Shown here in pieces: positions 40,471 to 48,398 of a stretch of 48,398 bases of DNA; the first letter of the stretch is position 1, and each line of letters starts with the position of its first letter. The notes under the pieces are model-generated. The model saw only the letters and a program-made list of their open reading frames with translations, was not told the DNA's origin and ran no database searches. The translations under genes were made by a program, and so were the position numbers. The stretch lies in contig JACOZW010000023.1 in NCBI GenBank assembly GCA_016181145.1, positions 1 through 48,398 on the forward strand, in the 5' to 3' direction. Origin of the DNA: Candidatus Yanofskybacteria bacterium. GTDB lineage: Bacteria > Patescibacteriota > Minisyncoccia > 2-02-FULL-40-12 > GWA2-44-9.

Positions 40471-40700
40471 TTAATTTTTTCCGTGCCATTTTTGAAATCA
40501 TTGCGAGAGGTATAGCAACAAACAAGGCTTTATAAACCGACAGGAAAGTTCAAGGCGAAGGTTCACTGGAGGAACTTCCAGGGAATCGCCTCCGAAACTG
40601 ACTGAACGATAGTGAAGGAATTTCGGATGGTGTTCCGGAGGTTTTAAAGCCATTGTTTGTCTAGACCAAAGCACCGATTGAAAAAATGGGGAGGAAAAAA

Positions 40701-40703
<3 letters not shown>
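40471..40703 (+). repeat. hairpin-forming repeat element, copy C (downstream flank of atpD)
   Basis: It aligns over its whole length with the reverse complement of 42065-42248. Its own termini, TTAATTTTTTCC / GGAGGAAAAAATTAA, are inverted repeats. Confidence 0.8.
40552..40592 (+). repeat. M-motif copy 3, present in element C but absent from element D
   Basis: AAGGCGAAGGTTCACTGGAGGAACTTCCAGGGAATCGCCTC. Confidence 0.8.
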
Positions 40704-42248
<1,545 letters not shown>

Positions 42249-42258
42249 GTATATCTGA

Positions 42259-43188
42259 TTACGTCAAAGCACTAACCGCCGATGTTATCTCAATCAGTTC
42301 TTTTGTGATTCCAGCTTGTCGGGCTTTATTATACTCTAAATTCAATTTTTCGGAAAGCTCCTTGGCATTATCCGAAGCCGTCTTCATCGCTACCATCCTA
42401 GCCGAATGTTCAGATGCATTGGCCTCCAGAATCAAATCGTAAATCTGCATTTTCATTAAATGCTCCACCAAGCCTTCGATCAGTTTTTTCGGAGAAGGCT
42501 CGAATATGTATTCTAGCTCTGAATCATGAATCGTAAATCGTGAATCTCTTAACTCTGAAAATTTACCATGCTCGGGAATAATTTCATTTATAGTGTGTTG
42601 AATTTTTTCTAGATCAACCGGCAAAACCTGCCGCATTAAGACTTCCTGCTTTAGGGTTGATCGGAAGTGGGTCGATATGGTCATTACCCTATCCCAGCCT
42701 TTATTTAAATAACCCTCTATCAAAATTTCTGACAAAGGATTTGTTTCGCTCGGCAACACGAAATCTCCAAATCCGGAAAATTCGGAAACTAAATTTAATT
42801 TCTTCTTATTTGCATATGAAATGGCCTTTTTGCCGACAGCAACAACGCTCAAATTATCATCTTTTGTTTCTGCATAAGATTTGAGAAATGAATCTACCAA
42901 GCGCAATACCTGCGAATTAAAAGATCCAGCAAGACCACGGTCAGAAGTTACAATTACTAAAAGTGTTTTTTTAATTTTTCTTCCTCTTATAAGATCAGTT
43001 TTTACGGGCGAGAATTTTCCTAAAACTGACAATAATTGAAGCGCCTTAAAAGCATAGGGACGAGAATTTAAAGCCACTTGCTGGCTTTTTCTCATTTTCG
43101 TCGCCGCAACAACCTCCATCGCCTTGGTGATCTGTCCTATATTTTTAACGGCTTTTATTCTAGATTTTGTTTTTTGTAAGGATTCCAT
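42259..43188 (-). CDS. atpG: ATP synthase gamma subunit
   Basis: N-terminal IKAVKNIGQITKAMEVVAATKMRK and C-terminal ITKELIEITSA helices. Confidence 0.9.
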   Translation of the reverse strand: MESLQKTKSRIKAVKNIGQITKAMEVVAATKMRKSQQVALNSRPYAFKALQLLSVLGKFSPVKTDLIRGRKIKKTLLVIVTSDRGLAGSFNSQVLRLVDSFLKSYAETKDDNLSVVAVGKKAISYANKKKLNLVSEFSGFGDFVLPSETNPLSEILIEGYLNKGWDRVMTISTHFRSTLKQEVLMRQVLPVDLEKIQHTINEIIPEHGKFSELRDSRFTIHDSELEYIFEPSPKKLIEGLVEHLMKMQIYDLILEANASEHSARMVAMKTASDNAKELSEKLNLEYNKARQAGITKELIEITSAVSALT

Positions 43189-43195
43189 CTTTTAA

Positions 43196-43498
43196 TTATG
43201 CCTCCTCGAGAATTATTCCTTTTTTAAACCCTCCTCTTTCCTCTACCTTTGCTAATTTAACGGTATTAATATCCTGATGATCAAATTTTTTATACTCAAC
43301 AACAGCCTCAATAACTTCCCATATATCAGCCATCTCTTCGATGCTTTCTGATTTTATAAATTCTTCAACCTCTTCTCTTAATTTTTCTTTTAAACCGTTC
43401 CAATGTTCATCCGCGCTAGCAATCCGAAAAACTGGTTTTCCGCCTTTACTCTTTATATATTCCGGTATTTTATCCCGAACAAGTTTATTGTATTTCAT
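43196..43498 (-). CDS. MazG-like/PRA-PH-like nucleotide pyrophosphohydrolase domain protein
   Basis: MKYNKLVRDKIPEYI...EEVEEF...EMADIWEVIEAV, an all-alpha NTP-PPase pattern. Start set at Met 43498. Confidence 0.65.
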   Translation of the reverse strand: MKYNKLVRDKIPEYIKSKGGKPVFRIASADEHWNGLKEKLREEVEEFIKSESIEEMADIWEVIEAVVEYKKFDHQDINTVKLAKVEERGGFKKGIILEEA

Positions 43499-43508
43499 TA
43501 TTTTACTA

Positions 43509-43537
43509 TTGACAGTTAACCCTAAATACATTATACT
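43509..43537 (+). promoter_or_regulatory. promoter of an antisense-oriented small gene inside the atp operon
   Basis: TTGACA (43509-43514), 17-nt spacer, TATACT (43532-43537). Confidence 0.5.
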
Positions 43538-43567
43538 GTCTTTGCACTTAATAATTCGGGGGATTCG

Positions 43568-43846
43568 GTGAACAACGTTATTACCTGGTTCGTTATCCTT
43601 TTGACGCTCTTTTATATCTCAACGCGTATTGATAAATTAACAGCTAACCAAGCACTGATACTTAACGGTTATAGCCAAGCACAACTCACTGACACAATGT
43701 ACATGGGAGCATATTGGAGAAGTGACTGTAATTATCCTGACTATGCCCGCCTAACTTTTAAAGTTAGACGTCCCGGAAATTCAGAAACGGAAAATGTCTC
43801 TGTGTGCATAAATTGGCGAGGCGAGACTGCAATTCGCAATCCCTGA
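43568..43846 (+). CDS. hypothetical 92-aa protein with an N-terminal TM segment
   Basis: GTG start after GGGGGA, bracketed by a promoter and a terminator. Confidence 0.5.
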   Translation: MNNVITWFVILLTLFYISTRIDKLTANQALILNGYSQAQLTDTMYMGAYWRSDCNYPDYARLTFKVRRPGNSETENVSVCINWRGETAIRNP

Positions 43847-43852
43847 ATGTTC

Positions 43853-43880
43853 AAGCCCAAATCCATGAAGGGCTTTTTTT
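43853..43880 (+). terminator. rho-independent terminator
   Basis: AAGCCC-AAATCCATGAA-GGGCTT followed by T7. Confidence 0.65.
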
Positions 43881-43905
43881 GTTTTTAAATAATAAATCTT
43901 ACCTT

Positions 43906-44119
43906 AGTCGACTATCATATACCCTAGGGAGGAAATAATAAGAATGAGCTTACCCAATTCATTTACAGAACGTTTCGGAAGCCGACTGGGCTGAGAGAGA
44001 GCAAAAACTCAGCAGAGTTTTATGCGATCTGTAAATGAGTTGGGTAAGCGAATTTATGCGATCTGTAAATGAGTTGGGTAAGCGAATTAACTCCGAGTCT
44101 GGGTATATGATAGTCGGCT
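43906..44119. mobile_element. 214-bp MITE-like element with 19-bp terminal inverted repeats
   Basis: AGTCGACTATCATATACCC (43906-43924) pairs with GGGTATATGATAGTCGGCT (44101-44119), with 18 of 19 positions complementary. The flanking TA/TA is compatible with a TA target duplication. No ORF longer than 16 codons. Confidence 0.5.
44020..44087. repeat. perfect 2 x 34-nt tandem duplication inside the MITE-like element
   Basis: TTATGCGATCTGTAAATGAGTTGGGTAAGCGAAT occurs twice, head to tail. Each copy is complementary to 43948-43971. Confidence 0.9.
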
Positions 44120-44123
44120 AAAA

Positions 44124-45680
44124 CTAAACTCCCTTTAATTCTTCCAAAGAACTTTTTAACTTCTCCTCCGTCTCATCGTCAATCTGATTACTCACTCTGA
44201 TTTTTTTCAAAATATCTCCGTGCAGTTTTTCAATATTATCTATTATCCTATCGGAAACCGCCCTGACCTCATCAACTTTTACGTCATCCAAATATCCATT
44301 GGTCGCCATGTAAATCGTCAAAACCTGTTTCTCGAACGGAATCGGCGCATTATCAACCTGTTTTAAAATTTCAGTTAATCGTTGTCCACGGGCAATCTGT
44401 TTTTTGGTATTTTCATCTAAGTCCGAAGCGAATTGAACGAATGCCTGAAGTTCTCTGAATTGAGCCAAATCCAAACGTAATTTTCCGGAAACTTTTTTCA
44501 TAGCTTTTGTCTGTGCCGATGAACCTACGCGAGAGACAGATAATCCGGCATTAATAGCGGGGCGTAAGCCTTTATAAAACAAATCTGATTCGAGATAAAT
44601 CTGGCCATCGGTAATGGAAATGACATTAGTAGGAACATAGGCAGAAACATCTCCCAGCTGTGTCTCAATAATTGGCAAGGCGGTCAATGATCCCCCACCA
44701 TGTCCTTTATCCATCTTAGCCGCACGTTCGAGTAACCTAGCATGCAAGTAAAATATATCTCCCGGATAAGCTTCTCTTCCTGGCGGCCTCCTTAGCAAAA
44801 GAGATAGCTGGCGATATGAATCCGCGTGCTTGGATAAATCGTCGTAAACAACCAGAGCATCCTGTCCTTGGTCCATAAAATATTCTCCGATAGCACAACC
44901 GGCGAAAGGGGCTAGATATTGAACCGAAGCAGGAGAAGATGCAGGAGCAGAAACAACTATTGTATACGCAAGCGCACCTTTTTCTTCAAGGGTTTTGACT
45001 ATTTTGGCAACCTTAGAATTCTTCTGACCGATAGCAACATAGATACAGACCATCTGCCTCCTGCCCTCCGAAGCTTTAGCGAAGGAGGGTCGCCCTTCGG
45101 CATCCTGTCCCTGATTCAATATGGTATCAAGAGCAATAGCTGTTTTACCAGTTTGCCTGTCACCTATAATAAGCTCTCTCTGGCCACGGCCGATAGGAAT
45201 CATAGCATCAACGGCTTTAATACCGGTATGTACCGGCGTATTCACTGATTCCCTGGAAACGACATCCGGCGCTCGACGTTCAAGGGGATAATCTTTAGCT
45301 TTTTCGGGGTCATTAAAGATAACTCCCTTATTGTCCAGCGGATTTCCGAGAGGATCAACGACGCGACCCAGCATTTCCGAGCCAACCTTGATTGAAACAA
45401 CTTTTCCGGTTTGCTTGACCCGGTCTCCGACTTTAACTTTTTGAGCATCGCCAAGAATTACCGCCCCGATAAAATTTTCCTCCAGATTGAAAGCAATGGC
45501 AGACACATCACCGCTTTTAGCCTCAATATTCAATAATTCCTGGCTTAATGCCTTGGATAATCCGGATATTTTTGCAATGCCATCGCCTACTTCAGTTACA
45601 ACGCCGACGTGCTCAAACTTGGTATCATCTTGATACCCCGCTATTTCCTTCTTCAGTTTTTCTATAATCTCATACGGCAT
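44124..45680 (-). CDS. atpA: ATP synthase alpha subunit
   Basis: GDRQTGKT Walker A. A short extra segment ([17 protein letters not shown]) follows it. Confidence 0.97.
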   Translation of the reverse strand: MPYEIIEKLKKEIAGYQDDTKFEHVGVVTEVGDGIAKISGLSKALSQELLNIEAKSGDVSAIAFNLEENFIGAVILGDAQKVKVGDRVKQTGKVVSIKVGSEMLGRVVDPLGNPLDNKGVIFNDPEKAKDYPLERRAPDVVSRESVNTPVHTGIKAVDAMIPIGRGQRELIIGDRQTGKTAIALDTILNQGQDAEGRPSFAKASEGRRQMVCIYVAIGQKNSKVAKIVKTLEEKGALAYTIVVSAPASSPASVQYLAPFAGCAIGEYFMDQGQDALVVYDDLSKHADSYRQLSLLLRRPPGREAYPGDIFYLHARLLERAAKMDKGHGGGSLTALPIIETQLGDVSAYVPTNVISITDGQIYLESDLFYKGLRPAINAGLSVSRVGSSAQTKAMKKVSGKLRLDLAQFRELQAFVQFASDLDENTKKQIARGQRLTEILKQVDNAPIPFEKQVLTIYMATNGYLDDVKVDEVRAVSDRIIDNIEKLHGDILKKIRVSNQIDDETEEKLKSSLEELKGV

Positions 45681-45741
45681 TTGATATTGAATTTAATGAT
45701 ATTCTCAAATTCTTAAGAATTTGAGAATAAGATAGTTATTG

Positions 45742-46107
45742 TTATTTGAAAAGTTTGTTTAATTTATTCCGAAGAGTGTTATTTAACTCTTCTTCACCGT
45801 TTACCGTAATTCTGACTCCAGCCACCAATTCAGGATTTATTATGAAATTAATATGGTCTTTTTTTGAAAATTTATTTTTTAACATTTCCCTTTTCGGCAT
45901 CGGCTCTCTAGCAGCTTCTATATCAATCCATTTTCCACCATCTTCATTTATTATTTTTTTATGAATTGCCGTGAGGATCTTCTTTGAATGTTTAATATCC
46001 CCCGTCTTAGCTAACAATCTCAAAAAACCGTTGATAGCTTTTTCACGCGGTATTTCTTTGATAATCTGGGTAAATGCCCCAACATAATTGTTGACGGAAT
46101 ACCTCAT
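45742..46107 (-). CDS. atpH: ATP synthase delta (OSCP) subunit, short form
   Basis: 121 aa. C-terminal LVAGVRITVNGEEELNNTLRNKLNKL, and the expected position between atpF and atpA. Confidence 0.7.
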   Translation of the reverse strand: MRYSVNNYVGAFTQIIKEIPREKAINGFLRLLAKTGDIKHSKKILTAIHKKIINEDGGKWIDIEAAREPMPKREMLKNKFSKKDHINFIINPELVAGVRITVNGEEELNNTLRNKLNKLFK

Positions 46108-46108
46108 A

Positions 46109-46136
46109 TTGACAATAAGTTATTAACTGGTATAAT
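46109..46136 (+). promoter_or_regulatory. consensus promoter of a second antisense-oriented small gene in the atp operon
   Basis: TTGACA (46109-46114), 16-nt spacer, TATAAT (46131-46136). Confidence 0.5.
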
Positions 46137-46169
46137 TACGAATGCTGGAAAACCTGAGGAGGACAAACG

Positions 46170-46358
46170 ATGGAACTCTTTAAAAAGCTAAGTATCAGTT
46201 TCACCGGTATTATGCTTATGGTTTTTGGGGTATCAGATGGTCTTCACCCCATAACCGCAGGACTTCTTGGAATAGTTTTCGTGATTGCAGTTCTTATTAT
46301 TTTGGGCTACAGATTCAAACTTCCCAAGATTTTCAAACTTCCCAAGATTCTACACTAA
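46170..46358 (+). CDS. 62-aa two-TM membrane peptide with a C-terminal FKLPKI tandem repeat
   Basis: GAGGAGG 6 nt before the ATG. Hydrophobic core, then RFKLPKIFKLPKILH. Confidence 0.5.
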   Translation: MELFKKLSISFTGIMLMVFGVSDGLHPITAGLLGIVFVIAVLIILGYRFKLPKIFKLPKILH

Positions 46359-46438
46359 TAATTCAGCGCTGCCTCAAGGGCATGGACCCCTATCAGCCGC
46401 ATGGTACACCCAGCGGTTTTTTTATTTTTTACCACACC

Positions 46439-46948
46439 CTACGCCCCACGTTCTAGGATGAAAGACCCTACTGCCTCCTCAATCAACTTCTCATCAACCT
46501 GCTCAGGTTTTAACTGAACCGTCTTGATTATTGCTTCCTTGACCAGTTTTCTAGCCTCTCCAGCAACTCTATCCATTTCTTCTTTTTCTTTTCTCTCAAC
46601 AAGAAGCATTGCTTCTCTTAATGTGCCTTGGGCCTTTAAGTCGGCTTGATGAGCAATCTCTTGAGCTTTTTTCTGGGCGTTCTTTTCGGCTTCGGAGATA
46701 ATTGCAATAGATTCCGTATTGGCTCCTTTGATTATCTCGGCTTTTTCTTCCTCAGCATCATTTATTATTTTTACCCCTTTTTCTCCGGCTTTTACGCCAA
46801 ATTCAATCCTTTTTCGACGCTCCTCAACCATTTTCATCAATGGTCTATAAACAAACTTTGTCAGAACCACTAGCAAAATCAGAAAATTAACCCCTTGAGC
46901 TAAAAGGAGTTTCCAGTCAATCCCAAGTTGATTTACTAATTCTGACAT
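46439..46948 (-). CDS. atpF: ATP synthase b subunit
   Basis: One N-terminal TM segment followed by a long charged helix. Operon position supports the call. Confidence 0.85.
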   Translation of the reverse strand: MSELVNQLGIDWKLLLAQGVNFLILLVVLTKFVYRPLMKMVEERRKRIEFGVKAGEKGVKIINDAEEEKAEIIKGANTESIAIISEAEKNAQKKAQEIAHQADLKAQGTLREAMLLVERKEKEEMDRVAGEARKLVKEAIIKTVQLKPEQVDEKLIEEAVGSFILERGA

Positions 46949-46953
46949 TAAAA

Positions 46954-47005
46954 AATTACGAATGGCGGATTACGAATTAATAATACGAAATTCGTAATGC
47001 GTAAT
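46954..47005. repeat. ATTACGAAT-type short-repeat cluster, partly palindromic
   Basis: ATTACGAATGGCGGATTACGAATTAATAATACGAAATTCGTAATGCGTAATT. Confidence 0.7.
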
Positions 47006-47023
47006 TAAATACTTCTAAAATTC

Positions 47024-47278
<255 letters not shown>

Positions 47279-47330
47279 TTATGATTTAAGAATATTCTAA
47301 AATCCTGAATCGTAAATCTAAAATCTTAAT

Positions 47331-48092
47331 TTAATGTTCGACCTCGTGATGACTCACCGACATTCCAATGAATACCAGCGTGAGCATCGCGAAAATAAAT
47401 GCCTGTATAAAACCGACAAATACTTCTAAAAACAAAAATGGTAACGGCAGGAAGTAGGGACCCAAAAAACCTATGATTATCAGCAGAACCTCTCCTGCGA
47501 ATACGTTACCAAATAAACGAAATGAAAACGAGATAATTTTAACAAATTCCGAAACTAATTCAAGTAAGCCGACAAATGTGTAGATAGGATTTTTAAAATT
47601 AAAGAACTTTCCGGCATGAGTTCGCATACCCACGGCCATAGCTCCAAGTAGATTTACTGAAAAAACCGCTATTATCGCCAGAGCGATTGTAAAATTGAGA
47701 TCGCTGGTGGGTGCACGGAGCAACGGAATAAGAACATGCTCGGTTTCACCATGCTTGTATATTTCATGGGTCAAGCCCAAAGAACCAGTTCCGGGCAGAA
47801 GACCCATCCAATTTGAAAGCATTACAAATAAAAATATCGTAGCTACGATAGGAAAATATCTCTCTGATTGTGTTCTTGAGCCCAAGACAGCATCCATCAT
47901 TTTAAGAGCCTCCTCGGTAAAGAGCTCAAATAAACTCTGTAATTTTCCTGGTATCATTTCTATAACCCCCCTAAGCCAAAAAGATAACGAAGCAAAAATT
48001 CCAACCACTATCAGCGACAGAAGGTAGGAATTAGTAAAATTAAAAACGCCTAAATGGAACAGCGTCTCTGCTTTAATAGATATTTCAGCCAT
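47331..48092 (-). CDS. atpB: ATP synthase a subunit
   Basis: Polytopic, with the conserved Arg in SFSFRLFGNVFAGE. Confidence 0.9.
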   Translation of the reverse strand: MAEISIKAETLFHLGVFNFTNSYLLSLIVVGIFASLSFWLRGVIEMIPGKLQSLFELFTEEALKMMDAVLGSRTQSERYFPIVATIFLFVMLSNWMGLLPGTGSLGLTHEIYKHGETEHVLIPLLRAPTSDLNFTIALAIIAVFSVNLLGAMAVGMRTHAGKFFNFKNPIYTFVGLLELVSEFVKIISFSFRLFGNVFAGEVLLIIIGFLGPYFLPLPFLFLEVFVGFIQAFIFAMLTLVFIGMSVSHHEVEH

Positions 48093-48133
48093 AGTAACCT
48101 ATTCTAGCACGAAAATAAAAATAAAAAAGGTTC

Positions 48134-48398
48134 CTATTTAAATCCAAACTTCTCTTGAAGAGATTTGAAGAAGTAGTGCTTTTCCAATTCAGCAAATCGG
48201 ACAAGATGAGGCGAGCTTTGAATATCAACCTCATCACCAATCTCAAGCGGAAATATAGACTCTCCGTCCGCGACAAGAACAACATCTAATTTCTTTCCGG
48301 TTCTAGACAGAGATATTAACCCTCTCTCCCTAAAAGAAATCACTTTTATCCCAATCGGATTCGAGTGCTTGACGATTATGCTGGGACTGGGGATGCTA
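48134..48398 (-). CDS. nadK: NAD kinase, C-terminal part (gene continues beyond the right edge)
   Basis: The reading frame is open to position 48398. The ...VVLVADGESIFPLEIGDEVDIQSSPHLVRF... pattern resembles the NadK C-terminal domain. Confidence 0.65.
   Translation of the reverse strand, partial: SIPSPSIIVKHSNPIGIKVISFRERGLISLSRTGKKLDVVLVADGESIFPLEIGDEVDIQSSPHLVRFAELEKHYFFKSLQEKFGFK

Noticed and set aside
40549-40591. The M motif as a known self-cleaving ribozyme (hammerhead, twister, pistol, hatchet or HDV-like).
   Set aside because: None of the conserved cores I remember is present, such as CUGAUGA...GAAA for hammerhead or the twister and pistol signature strings. The motif is kept as an unclassified structured element.
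44020-44087. A possible mini-CRISPR array.
   Set aside because: There are two identical 34-nt units directly abutting, with no spacer and no cas genes. The units are complementary to an upstream segment of the same element.

Overview
This is a 48.4-kb AT-rich window. Hand counts of single 60-nt rows give about 40% G+C in typical host rows. It is packed mostly with minus-strand housekeeping genes in compact form: serS, lysS, dut, greA, mrdA-mreD-mreC-mreB, proS, rseP, frr, holB, murG, cca, rsmE, a complete but heavily interrupted F1Fo atp operon, and nadK (partial). The shortened core proteins, a free-standing four-helix-bundle (23S-IVS type) gene, heptamer microsatellites inside genes and the lack of biosynthetic genes fit a reduced Patescibacteria/CPR-like genome; this placement is inference only. 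I found no rRNA, tRNA, CRISPR array, transposase or integrase. Four things go beyond ordinary annotation. (1) At 14.1-20.0 kb there is a plus-strand cluster of three paralogous glutamate-cysteine-ligase-like (carboxylate-amine ligase) genes plus a class-I amidotransferase-like gene. Its two sub-operons are each headed by a consensus promoter, a nearly leaderless aromatic-rich 23/24-codon ORF (the two ORFs are paralogous at peptide level) and terminator-like hairpins. This is my best candidate for an undescribed system, either a RiPP-like or gamma-glutamyl ligation module, or a leader-peptide-attenuated pathway. (2) At 32.7-36.3 kb there is a GC-rich island (spot count 37/60 G+C). It holds one minus-strand operon of seven small ORFs, including a CAE/PCxxC deaminase, behind an approximately 740-nt ORF-free hairpin-dense leader. 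A divergent consensus promoter drives a roughly 285-nt RNA that contains a 51-codon ORF ending in Gly-Gly. A smaller GC-rich mini-cassette sits at 5.35-5.73 kb. (3) Several families of hairpin-forming repeats are present: inverted copies bracketing atpD exactly, an approximately 43-nt insertion motif with three copies, a 214-bp MITE-like element, two elements sharing ATCCCGTTAGA termini that overlap start codons, and a roughly 350-nt multi-helix RNA-like region ending 1 nt from the stop of an AlbA_2/Schlafen-like gene. (4) At 23.8-32.7 kb there is an accessory stretch with a ParB/Srx-like protein, a dNK-like kinase, a NERD-like protein, a bPH+AlbA_2 membrane protein and a CCA-adding enzyme with an unusual C-terminal extension. 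All functional calls rest on motifs read by eye; no database search was possible.
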